DNA of 24,000 bases from Geminicoccaceae bacterium (GTDB lineage Bacteria; Pseudomonadota; Alphaproteobacteria; Geminicoccales; Geminicoccaceae): the NCBI GenBank assembly GCA_050485385.1, contig JBJHBG010000005.1:5920-29919 (forward strand), written 5' to 3'. The position numbers and the translations under genes were made by a program. Positions 15,165 through 23,383 of the stretch are shown here, piece by piece. Numbering within the stretch: position 1 is the first letter of the stretch; every line of letters begins with the position of its first letter. Below the pieces are notes generated by a model, which was not told where the DNA came from, searched no databases, and was given only the letters and a program-made list of their open reading frames with translations.

Positions 15165-17528
15165 TCAACGCGCGGTAGAGGCCGGCACCAACCGCAGCGT
15201 GCTCCGCGGCCGTGTCGGCGGCGCCATCGGCACATCCTCGCCGCGATGCCAGAGCCGGGTCAGATCGTCGTAGTGCGGCGAGAGTGGATGGCCGACCTGA
15301 CCGGAGGCGGCGACGAACCGCGACGCCGCCATGTTGCCGAGGTCGACGATCAGCCGCAGGCCCGGGCCGTGCTCGCTCGGAAACAGCGGCGGCGCTGCGG
15401 CCGGGCGGTAGGCGTGTGCGGCTAGAGCCGTGCCGTCGCCGCCGACGCCGAGGCGGCGGTCGACGAAACGGCCGAGCGGACCCAGCCGGCCGAGGGGCTC
15501 GTGCATCATGATCGTCGGATGCTGCCGTGCCCACATCCAAGCCTCGCCCTCGGAACCGAGGGCCGAAGCGAGGCGGTCGAGCGCGTCCTCGAGGGCGCGG
15601 CCGAGGATGGTCGGGCAGTCCTCGACGACGGCGGTGCGAATGTCGTTGCACCAAATCTGCCGCTCGCCGAGGGCGCGCGCGACGAAGCCCGCCCGTTGGC
15701 CGCGATAGGCGTCGAACAGCGGTCCCAACTCGTCCTTGTAGAGGTGCTCGGCGAGCACGTCGTACCACATGGCGAAGACCGTCGGCTCGCGGGCCTCCGG
15801 CCGGGCGACGCGGTCCCAGGCGGCGAGCCGGTCGCGCCAGGCGAGGGCGTCCGGCCGTTCGGTCGCCGCTTCCAGCATCGCCGGCAACAGGCTGGCCGCC
15901 AGCCCCGAGCGCAGGTCCTGCTGCATGGCGCGGAAGCTGGCGACGTCGTGCGGCCCTCGGTCGAGCAGATCGACGATCCGCTCCATGCGGAACGGCTCGT
16001 CCCAGCGGTGGCCGAGGCGATGCGGGAAATCAGCGTCGACCAGTGCGTTGTTGGCGTTGGCGAGCCAGCCAGCGGGCGGATCGACGGCACGCGGCAGCTC
16101 GGCATGGGGGACGGTTGCCATCCATTCCCCGCCCGCCTGCCAACCGGGCGTCGGTAGGGTGCCGTCGCCGTTCGCCCGGATCGGCACGCTGCCGGCCGCG
16201 ACCATGCCGATGCGGCCGTCGACGTCGGCGTAGAAGACGTTCTGCTGCGGGTCGGCGAACGCCTTCAGGGCGGCATCGAAGCTCGGCCAGTCGTGGGCTC
16301 GGGCGAGGCGGACCCCGGCTTCGACCGGTGCGCTCGCGGGATCGAGTGCGGTCCAGCGCAGCGCCAGCGTGCGGCCGTCCCCGGCGAACGTCCGCGCGCC
16401 GGCTGCGAGGTCGGAGATCAAGGGACCGTTCACGCTCCAACGGACGGTGAACGTCTCGTCCGGGCAGAACCGGCAGCGGATCGTGGTCGTGTCGACGCGC
16501 AACGGCGCCAGCACGCCCGTGGGCGTGCGGGTGGCGTCGCCGACCACCTCCTCGATGACGAGATCCTGCACGTCGCTGCCGGTGTTGGTCATGCCCCAGG
16601 CGATGCGGTCGGTGCGGCCGAGCACGAACACCGGCAGCCCCGGCAGCGTGGCGCCGACGACACGGGCCTCGGGCGTGGCCAACCCCGCGAGGTACCAGGC
16701 GCCCGGCAGGCTCTGGCCCAGATGCGGGTCGTTGGCGAGGAGTGGCGCGCCGCTCGTGGTGTGGCGGCCGTCGACTACCCAGGCGTTGGAGCCGAGACCC
16801 GAGGGCGGCGCCGGCGGCAGGGCTTGGGCGAGGCCGTCGAGGTCGAGCGTCCGTGCCGCCTCGCGCAGCGTCCCGAGCGTGGTGGGCGCCGTCGCCGGAT
16901 AGCCCGGAAAGAGGTCGTCGAGCCGGTCGTGCGGCAGGTGCTGGGCGAGGCGCGCGCGCAACAGCTCGTCGGGCCAGCCGGTCGCGAGGTCGAGCGCCTT
17001 GAGCTTGCTCCACACCACCGCATCCACAGCGGTCCAAGGCTCGGGCCGGTGCCAGAGGAGCCAGAACTCCGGCGGCAGCGGCCGGCCGTCGGTCAGGAGG
17101 AACGCGTTGATGCCGGCGACGTAGGCGTCGACCTGATCGCGGGCTTCGATGGACAGCGCATCCAGGCTCGCCGCCGCCAGCTCGTGCAGGCGCAGCAGCC
17201 GCACATAGCGATCGAGCGGCAGGGCGGCGGCGCCGAAGACCTCGGCGAGGCGCCCCTGGCCGATGCGGCGGCGCAGCTCGAGCTGCCAGAGGCGGTCCTG
17301 GGCATGCACCCAGCCGAGGACGAACGCACCGTCACGAAGGCTCGCCGCCTGGACGTAGGGGATGGCCCAGCCGTCGCGGTCGACCGTGGCGGGGGCATGC
17401 AGGCCGGGGACGACGACCTCGCCCGCATGGCGGGGCAGCGAGGCGAGGAGCAGCCAGCCGAGGGCGATCGTCCCGGCCAGTCCCAGCGTCAGTCCACCGC
17501 CGGCCAGCCGGCAGGCCCATCGCCTCAT
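15165..17528 (-). CDS. Penicillin acylase family (S45) Ntn-hydrolase; candidate acyl-homoserine-lactone / fatty-acyl amide acylase
   Basis: The start is trimmed to the ATG at 17528-17526 (MRRWACRLAGGGLTLGLAGTIALGWLLLASLP, a signal or anchor) with a GGGGAG RBS, giving 787 aa. The autoprocessing and nucleophile motif G-SNAW (GLGSNAWVVDGRHTTSGAPLLANDPHL; Ser codon at 16790-16788) is diagnostic of the family. Confidence 0.9.
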   Translation of the reverse strand: MRRWACRLAGGGLTLGLAGTIALGWLLLASLPRHAGEVVVPGLHAPATVDRDGWAIPYVQAASLRDGAFVLGWVHAQDRLWQLELRRRIGQGRLAEVFGAAALPLDRYVRLLRLHELAAASLDALSIEARDQVDAYVAGINAFLLTDGRPLPPEFWLLWHRPEPWTAVDAVVWSKLKALDLATGWPDELLRARLAQHLPHDRLDDLFPGYPATAPTTLGTLREAARTLDLDGLAQALPPAPPSGLGSNAWVVDGRHTTSGAPLLANDPHLGQSLPGAWYLAGLATPEARVVGATLPGLPVFVLGRTDRIAWGMTNTGSDVQDLVIEEVVGDATRTPTGVLAPLRVDTTTIRCRFCPDETFTVRWSVNGPLISDLAAGARTFAGDGRTLALRWTALDPASAPVEAGVRLARAHDWPSFDAALKAFADPQQNVFYADVDGRIGMVAAGSVPIRANGDGTLPTPGWQAGGEWMATVPHAELPRAVDPPAGWLANANNALVDADFPHRLGHRWDEPFRMERIVDLLDRGPHDVASFRAMQQDLRSGLAASLLPAMLEAATERPDALAWRDRLAAWDRVARPEAREPTVFAMWYDVLAEHLYKDELGPLFDAYRGQRAGFVARALGERQIWCNDIRTAVVEDCPTILGRALEDALDRLASALGSEGEAWMWARQHPTIMMHEPLGRLGPLGRFVDRRLGVGGDGTALAAHAYRPAAAPPLFPSEHGPGLRLIVDLGNMAASRFVAASGQVGHPLSPHYDDLTRLWHRGEDVPMAPPTRPRSTLRLVPASTAR

Positions 17529-17694
17529 CCGTCGCTCCCCGCGTGCTTCGCTGGGGAGGTGACAGGTGTGGACGGCGCCGGCGATGGGCCGAAAGTCGGC
17601 TTGTGGTCGATGCAACTTATGGTTAATGAAGGCCGATTGTCCGCCGGGCAGCGCGCACCCGGCCCTTTCCCGTGCGCACCAGGATCTACGAGAT
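17529..17694. promoter_or_regulatory. Divergent intergenic region between the acylase and adhesin genes
   Basis: A 166-bp gap with a local AT-rich patch (CAACTTATGGTTAATGAAGGCCGATTG, about 17612-17638). Promoter positions are not resolvable from sequence alone. Confidence 0.3.
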
Positions 17695-20600
17695 ATGGCC
17701 AGCTCCGCATCCGCCGTGCTGTTGGATCGCGCATCGCGCGATTACGCGCCCGCGCGCGCGACGCGGCCGGCGGAACGCGCGGCACCGCGCGCGGAGCGTT
17801 CGCTCGGCCGCGGTGAAACCCTGGCGATGGGCGGCCCGCTCACGGCCGCCTTCATCGGTCTGTTGCTGTTGCGCACCGACGAGGCGGCGGCGACCCCAGC
17901 CACGGTCGAGGGCGACGGCGCCGAGAGCGGCCGCCCGCACGCCGACCTGCCGTCCGCGCGCGACGCCGACAGTGCCATGGCGTCGCCGGCCGCGTCGCCC
18001 GGTGAGAGCGTCGTGCTGACGGCGGCCGACGGCGCCGATGCGGGCGACTTCGCGGCGCCCACCGGCGGCGGCTTCGGTGCCGAGACGACGGTGGTGGAGC
18101 CGACGACCTTGCCGAGCACGCTGACCGTGCTGGGGCCGGACGGGCAGCCGGTCGGTCTCGACACGGTGCTGTTCGCGGGCGGCGGTATCGAGCTGACCAT
18201 GGGCGATCTGGTCGGCATGGGCTTCCTTTTGCCGGACACGGAGCCGCTGCCCGACCTCCTGGAGCCGCCGCTCAACCCGACGGGCGTGTTCATCGACGCG
18301 CGCAACACCGGGTCGCTCGAGTTGGTAGGCACCGCGGCCGACGATGTCATCATCGGCAACGACCACGGCAACGTGATCCACGCCGGCGCCGGTGACGACT
18401 GGATCAGCACCGGCGGCGGCAACAACGTCGTCCATCTCGTGGCGGGCAACAATCAGGTCTTCGGCGGCGCCGGCAACGACACGATCCACGGCGGTGCCGG
18501 CAACGACACGGTGTTCGCAGGGGCTGGCGACGACGTCATCCACGGCGGCGCCGGCTTCAACACCCTGCATGGCGAGCAGGGCGATGACACCTACGTGATC
18601 GACGCCAGCCTGGCCGCGCTCGACAGCATCGTCGACCGCCACGGCTTCAACACGCTTCAGGTCGCCAACGCGACGCGGGACGACCTGCGCTTCGCCTACG
18701 ACCCAGCCTCGCAGACGCTCGCCATGTGGGTCGGCGACGGCCCCGGCGGCCTGCGCGCGGTGATCACGCAGTACGACCTGGTCGACTCGCAGTTCCGCCT
18801 CGTCGTCGACGGCGAGGCCGTGCGCATTCCCGACGTCGCCCTGGGGCCGCTCAACCACGCCCCCATCGTGCGCGCCGAACTCGGCGGTCTCGCCACCCTG
18901 GAAGGGCAGGCCTTCGCCGTCGTGGTGCCGATCGAGGACATCGATCCGGGCGAGGTCTTGACCTTCTCCGCCACACTCGGAGACGGCTCGGCGCTGCCCG
19001 CCTGGCTCACCCTGGATACGGCCACGGGCCAGTTGGCGGGCACGGCGGGCGCGGGCGACGTCGGTGTCTACGAGGTGCGCGTGGTCGCCACGGACAGCTT
19101 CGGCCTCTCGGCCGAGACCACCTTCACCCTCGACGTGGCGGCGGCACCGCCCGGCGGCGGCACCGATCCGCACCTGATCCTCGGCACGCCGGGCGCCGAC
19201 GTGCTCTACGGCACCGCGGCCGACAACACGATCTTCGGCTTCGGCGGCGACGACGTGATCTACGCGGTCGCCGGCAACAACGAGATCCACACCGGTTCCG
19301 GCAACAACACCGTCTACGGCGGCACCGGCAACGACACCATCTTCGGCGGCGCCGGCAACGACACGATCGAGACCGGCGGCGGCAACAACTACGTCTCGGC
19401 CGGCGGCGGCTTCAACCAGATCACCGGTGGGGCCGGCAACGACACCTACCACGTCGACTTTGCCGTGGTGGGCATCGACCGCATCGTCGATCAGGGCGGC
19501 AGCAACGTGCTGCTGCTCGACAACGTCGCCTTCGCCGACATCGACTGGGTGATCATCGACTGGTCGACGGTGCCGGGGGCCGACGCCACCGGCTTCGAGG
19601 TGCAGGGCTGGGTCGGCGGCAGCGCCCGTTTCGTGCTGGCGGACTTCGACCCTTCCCAGACCTCCTACAGCGTCCGCATCGGCGACGACACCTACGGCAT
19701 CCCGGGGCTGAACCAGGCGCCGCAGGTGGTGGGCGCGATGCCGAACGTCAGCATCGGCGTCGGCGGTGCCCTCGGCCTCGCCGTGCCGGCCGGCCTGTTC
19801 GTCGACCGCGACGCGGGCGACACCCTCACCATCGACGCCAGCGGCCTGCCCGACTGGATGGGCTTCGACGGTACCGGCTTCACCGGCCAGCCGGGCATCA
19901 CCGACCTCGGCGCCTACGAGGTCACGCTCACGGCGACCGACCCCGCGGGCCTCGCGGCCAGCACCAGCTTCACCGTGCAGGTGGTGGGCGAGAACCGGCC
20001 GCCGGTGGCGGGCGAAGCGCCGACGCTGCCCGAGGCGGTGCCGGGCGAGGCCTTTTCGTACATCCTGCCGGCGAGCCTGTTCGTCGATCCCGACTTCGGC
20101 GACGCGCTCACCTGGACGGTGGTCCAGGCCGACGGCTCGCCGCTGCCCGACTGGCTCACCTTCGACCCTGCGACGCGGACACTGAGCGGCACGCCCGACG
20201 CGGCCGGCCCGCTGGCGTTGAAGGCCGTCGCGACCGACCTTGCCGGCGCCAGCGCGGAGGTGGCGCTGACGCTGCCGGTCACGGTTCCCAACGCGCCGCC
20301 GGAGCCGGGGGCACCGCTGCCCGACCTCGGCGCGACGGCGGGCGAGGCCTGGACCGCGACCTTGCCGGCGGGCGCCTTCGTCGACCCGGACGGCGACGCC
20401 CTGACCTTCACCGCCACGGTGAACGGCGTGCCGGTCGCTGCCGTCGACTGGTTGCAGATCGACGAAGCGACCGGTGCCTTGAGCGGCACGCCCCCGGTGC
20501 CGGGCGCCTATCTGGTCGAGGTGGTGGCGATCGACGTCCACGGTGCGGCGAGTGCGCCCGTGGGCTTCACCCTGGCGGTGGCGCCGGCATCGCTGCCCGA

Positions 20601-22446
20601 CAACCAGCCGCCGGAGGTCGTCGGCGCCCTGCCGGATCTGGACATCGGCGTCGGCGGCACGCTCGGCGTGACCGTGCCGGCGGGTCTGTTCACCGACCCG
20701 GACCTCGCCGCGGGCGACGCCCTCACCATCCAGGCTTCGGGCCTGCCCGCGTGGATGAGCTTCGACGGCACGCGCTTCGCGGGCCAGCCCGGCATCGCCG
20801 ATCTCGGCAGCTACGAGGTGACGCTGACCGCGACCGACACGGGCGGGCTCAGCGCGAGCACGGCCTTCACCGTCGAGGTGACCGGCGAGAACCGGCCGCC
20901 CGTGGCCGGCGAGGCGCCGACGCTGCCCGAGGCGGTGGCCGGCCAGCCCTTCGTCTACGTCCTGCCGGCGAGCCTGTTCGTCGATCCCGACTTCGGCGAC
21001 ACCTTGAGCTGGAGCGTCGTCCAGGCCGACGGCGCGCCGCTGCCCGACTGGCTCCAGTTCGACGCTGCGACCCGGACGCTTTCCGGCACGCCCGACGCCA
21101 GTGGGCCGCTGGCGCTGAAGGCGGTCGCCACCGACCTCGGCGGGGCCAGCGCCGAGGTGGGCCTGAGCCTGGAGGTCTCGGCCCCACCCCCGGTCAACCA
21201 GCCGCCGGTGGCCGACCCGGACACCGTCCTGCCGGCGGCGACGGCCGGTGCGGCGTGGAGCCTCGACCTCGGCACCGTCTTCTCCGATCCGGACGGCGAC
21301 CCCTTGAGCTACGCGGTGACCCTCGACGGCGTGCCGGTATCTGCGGTGCCGTGGCTCACGCTCGGCGCCGATGGCATCCTGAGCGGCACGCCGCCGGACG
21401 CGGCCGCGCACGTGCTGGCGGTGACGGCCGACGACGGCCGGGGCGGGACGGTCGGGGCGAGCTTCGATTTCGGCGTGGCGCCGGCCCCGCCGCCGGCGTG
21501 GGAGCCGCCGGCCTTCGATCCGTTCGTGCCGCTGCCGCTCAACGCCGACGGCTCGATCTCGTCCCAGTCGGTTCCCCAGCCCAACCAGTTCGTTCAGCCG
21601 ACCAATGCCGGCGGCCGCATCTTCTACCAGCCGGGCGTCGCCTATTGGGAGGTGCCAGGCTTCTCGGCGGCCGAGTACACCCAATCGCCGCTGGAGCTGG
21701 TGCGCGACAACGTCATGCTCACGAGCAGCTTCAAGGCGGCCCTGTTCGGCAACGACAACAACAACTTCTTCGTCGGCAATGCCGGCGACAACTTCCTTTA
21801 CGGCGGCGGCGGCAACGACACGCTGATCGGCGGCGCCGGCCACGACATTCTGGTCGGCGGCAGCGGCAACAACGTCCTCTACGGCGGCAACGGCAACGAC
21901 GTCTACCGCATCGGGCTCTACGAGGACGGCGAAGCGTTCGATACGATCTACGACCACGCGGGCTTCAACGCGCTCCAGTTCGAGGGCGTGGAGATGAGCC
22001 AGCTCGCCTTCGGGATGTCCGGGGCGGACGCGGTGATCGCGGTCGAGGGTGCGACCCGGGTGCGCATCGTCGACTATGCCGACGGCACGTTCGAGGTACG
22101 GGCGGGCGACAGTTCGGCATCGCTCGACGACCTCTTGGCGGGCGTGCTCCAGGCGCAGGCGCAGCTGGCGGCGGAGCCCTTGGCCGAGGTCATGATGGAC
22201 GACGTGCTGGCCGGTTTCGTCACGACCGCCGCGGCCGTCGACGAGGGCGGACTGGACGACGTGCTCGCCGGCTACCACGAGGGCGAGATGCCGCCCGAGC
22301 CGGAGGCGTTGGGGATCCAGACGGTCGCGGAGGCGTCGCTCGGCCAGGGCTATCTCTTCCCCGACCAGATGATCGCGACGGGCGAGGAGGCGGCCTCGGG
22401 CATCGCCTCGAAGCCGCTCGATCCGCACGACCCGCACTACGGTTGA
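17695..22446 (+). CDS. Giant secreted/surface protein with RTX (hemolysin-type Ca-binding) repeat blocks and seven cadherin-like (dystroglycan/He_PIG-type) Ig domains; putative adhesin
   Basis: The frame is open from 17566. I prefer the ATG at 17695 because AGGA lies 10 nt upstream; an ATG at 17827 is the alternative.
- GGxGxDxUx nonapeptide blocks at about 18331-18600, 19183-19455 and 21745-21906 (e.g. GGAGNDTIHGGAGNDTVFAGAGDDVIHGG)
- One cadherin-like domain at about 18853-19137, then six more at 19711-21480, with recurring motifs LP.WL.FD..T..LSGTP and Y.V.V.ATD
- No N-terminal cleavable signal is obvious
- An acidic, low-complexity C-terminus, consistent with but not proof of type I secretion. 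Confidence 0.85.
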   Translation: MASSASAVLLDRASRDYAPARATRPAERAAPRAERSLGRGETLAMGGPLTAAFIGLLLLRTDEAAATPATVEGDGAESGRPHADLPSARDADSAMASPAASPGESVVLTAADGADAGDFAAPTGGGFGAETTVVEPTTLPSTLTVLGPDGQPVGLDTVLFAGGGIELTMGDLVGMGFLLPDTEPLPDLLEPPLNPTGVFIDARNTGSLELVGTAADDVIIGNDHGNVIHAGAGDDWISTGGGNNVVHLVAGNNQVFGGAGNDTIHGGAGNDTVFAGAGDDVIHGGAGFNTLHGEQGDDTYVIDASLAALDSIVDRHGFNTLQVANATRDDLRFAYDPASQTLAMWVGDGPGGLRAVITQYDLVDSQFRLVVDGEAVRIPDVALGPLNHAPIVRAELGGLATLEGQAFAVVVPIEDIDPGEVLTFSATLGDGSALPAWLTLDTATGQLAGTAGAGDVGVYEVRVVATDSFGLSAETTFTLDVAAAPPGGGTDPHLILGTPGADVLYGTAADNTIFGFGGDDVIYAVAGNNEIHTGSGNNTVYGGTGNDTIFGGAGNDTIETGGGNNYVSAGGGFNQITGGAGNDTYHVDFAVVGIDRIVDQGGSNVLLLDNVAFADIDWVIIDWSTVPGADATGFEVQGWVGGSARFVLADFDPSQTSYSVRIGDDTYGIPGLNQAPQVVGAMPNVSIGVGGALGLAVPAGLFVDRDAGDTLTIDASGLPDWMGFDGTGFTGQPGITDLGAYEVTLTATDPAGLAASTSFTVQVVGENRPPVAGEAPTLPEAVPGEAFSYILPASLFVDPDFGDALTWTVVQADGSPLPDWLTFDPATRTLSGTPDAAGPLALKAVATDLAGASAEVALTLPVTVPNAPPEPGAPLPDLGATAGEAWTATLPAGAFVDPDGDALTFTATVNGVPVAAVDWLQIDEATGALSGTPPVPGAYLVEVVAIDVHGAASAPVGFTLAVAPASLPDNQPPEVVGALPDLDIGVGGTLGVTVPAGLFTDPDLAAGDALTIQASGLPAWMSFDGTRFAGQPGIADLGSYEVTLTATDTGGLSASTAFTVEVTGENRPPVAGEAPTLPEAVAGQPFVYVLPASLFVDPDFGDTLSWSVVQADGAPLPDWLQFDAATRTLSGTPDASGPLALKAVATDLGGASAEVGLSLEVSAPPPVNQPPVADPDTVLPAATAGAAWSLDLGTVFSDPDGDPLSYAVTLDGVPVSAVPWLTLGADGILSGTPPDAAAHVLAVTADDGRGGTVGASFDFGVAPAPPPAWEPPAFDPFVPLPLNADGSISSQSVPQPNQFVQPTNAGGRIFYQPGVAYWEVPGFSAAEYTQSPLELVRDNVMLTSSFKAALFGNDNNNFFVGNAGDNFLYGGGGNDTLIGGAGHDILVGGSGNNVLYGGNGNDVYRIGLYEDGEAFDTIYDHAGFNALQFEGVEMSQLAFGMSGADAVIAVEGATRVRIVDYADGTFEVRAGDSSASLDDLLAGVLQAQAQLAAEPLAEVMMDDVLAGFVTTAAAVDEGGLDDVLAGYHEGEMPPEPEALGIQTVAEASLGQGYLFPDQMIATGEEAASGIASKPLDPHDPHYG
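19711..21480 (+). repeat. Tandem duplication of an 891-bp (297-codon) three-domain module inside the adhesin gene
   Basis: Copy 1 spans 19711-20601 (NQAPQVVGAMPNVSIGVGG...) and copy 2 runs from 20602 to about 21480 (NQPPEVVGALPDLDIGVGG...). The middle domain is nearly identical at the protein level (ENRPPVAGEAPTLPEAV.G..F.Y.LPASLFVDPDFGD.L.W.VVQADG.PLPDWL.FD.ATRTLSGTPDA.GPLALKAVATDL.GASAEV). DNA identity is also visibly high, e.g. 19988-20050 against 20885-20947. Confidence 0.8.
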
Positions 22447-22525
22447 GGGGGCCGCCCGCCGCCTTGTTCGACGCCGGGCACTTCTCTATACCGGCGGCTC
22501 ACGCGAGACGACGGCGGGACGCCCC

Positions 22526-23383
22526 TTGACCCTCGATGCCGACATCATCCGCTTGGGTTTGCCCAAGGGCCGCATGCAGGACGCCGTGCTGGCGCTGATG
22601 CAGGACGCCGGCATTCGGCTCACCTTCGGGCGCCGCGGCTACCGGCCGACCCTCTCGCTCGAGGGCTTCGACGCCAAGCTCTTGAAGCCGCAGAACGTCG
22701 CCGAGATGCTGCACGTCGGCTCGCGCGACCTCGGCTTCGCCGGCGCCGACTGGGTGGCCGAGCTGGAACTCGATCTCGTCGAATTGCTCGACACGCGGCT
22801 CGATCCGGTCCGCATCGTCGCCGCCGCCGAGCCGCGCTTCGATGCCAAGGCCGGACCCTTCCGCGTCGCCACCGAATACCGCACGCTGACCCGGCGCTGG
22901 CTCGACGCCGCCGGCTTCGACGGCCGCATCGTCCGCGCCTACGGCGCGACCGAGGTGTTCCCGCCGGAGGACGCCGACTGCATCGTCGACAACACGGCCA
23001 CCGGCGAGACGCTGCGCGCCAACGGCCTCCACATCTTCGCCGAACTCCTGCGCTCCTCTACTCGGCTCTATGCCTCGCACGCTGCCTTGGACAACCCCGT
23101 GAAGCGGCGCGGCATCGAGCACTTCACGCTCTTGGTGCGTTCGGTCCTGGAAGCGCGCGGCCGGGTGATGATCGAGGCCAACGTGCCGCCGGACAAGCTG
23201 GAGGCCGTGGTCGCGGTCCTGCCCGGCATGGGCGAGCCGACGGTCGCGTCCTTGGCCCACGGCGCCGGCTTCGCGGTCAAGGCCGCGGTCAAGCGCGCCG
23301 AGCTGCCGCTGTTGATCCCGAAGATCAAGGAAGCCGGCGGTTCCGACATCGTGGTGTTCCAGCTCGCCCAGATCGTGCCATGA
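22526..23383 (+). CDS. hisG: ATP phosphoribosyltransferase, long form
   Basis: 285 aa. The N-terminus has IRLGLPKGRMQD. The C-terminal roughly 80 aa (VMIEANVP..LEAVVAVLPGMGEPTVASL..FAVKAAV..IPKIKEAGGSDIVVFQL) looks like the HisG regulatory domain. The only in-frame start before the conserved N-terminus is TTG at 22526, so the start codon is uncertain. The stop overlaps the hisB ATG as ATGA. Confidence 0.75.
   Translation: MTLDADIIRLGLPKGRMQDAVLALMQDAGIRLTFGRRGYRPTLSLEGFDAKLLKPQNVAEMLHVGSRDLGFAGADWVAELELDLVELLDTRLDPVRIVAAAEPRFDAKAGPFRVATEYRTLTRRWLDAAGFDGRIVRAYGATEVFPPEDADCIVDNTATGETLRANGLHIFAELLRSSTRLYASHAALDNPVKRRGIEHFTLLVRSVLEARGRVMIEANVPPDKLEAVVAVLPGMGEPTVASLAHGAGFAVKAAVKRAELPLLIPKIKEAGGSDIVVFQLAQIVP

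Noticed and set aside
17686-22437. A 1,583-codon ORF on the - strand, exactly antisense to the adhesin gene
   Set aside because: The translation is Arg/Gly/Asp/Val-rich low-complexity sequence with no recognisable domains. It mirrors the repeat structure of the sense gene, whose frame carries clear RTX and cadherin-like motifs. Stop-free antisense frames are expected in very GC-rich, GC3-biased, repetitive coding DNA.
8335-22446. The idea that the signalling, acylase and adhesin region is a horizontally acquired genomic island or mobile element
   Set aside because: No integrase, transposase, tRNA target or flanking direct repeats are visible. Apart from the short AT-rich leader, the coding G+C and codon style look the same as in the flanking housekeeping hisGB and transporter genes.
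18726-22529. A 1,267-codon ORF in an alternative + frame within the adhesin gene, running into hisG
   Set aside because: It is extremely Arg/Gly/Pro-rich (RRRRGR.. runs) with no motifs. It overlaps a well-supported frame and crosses the adhesin stop and the hisG start. It is an off-frame artefact of high GC.
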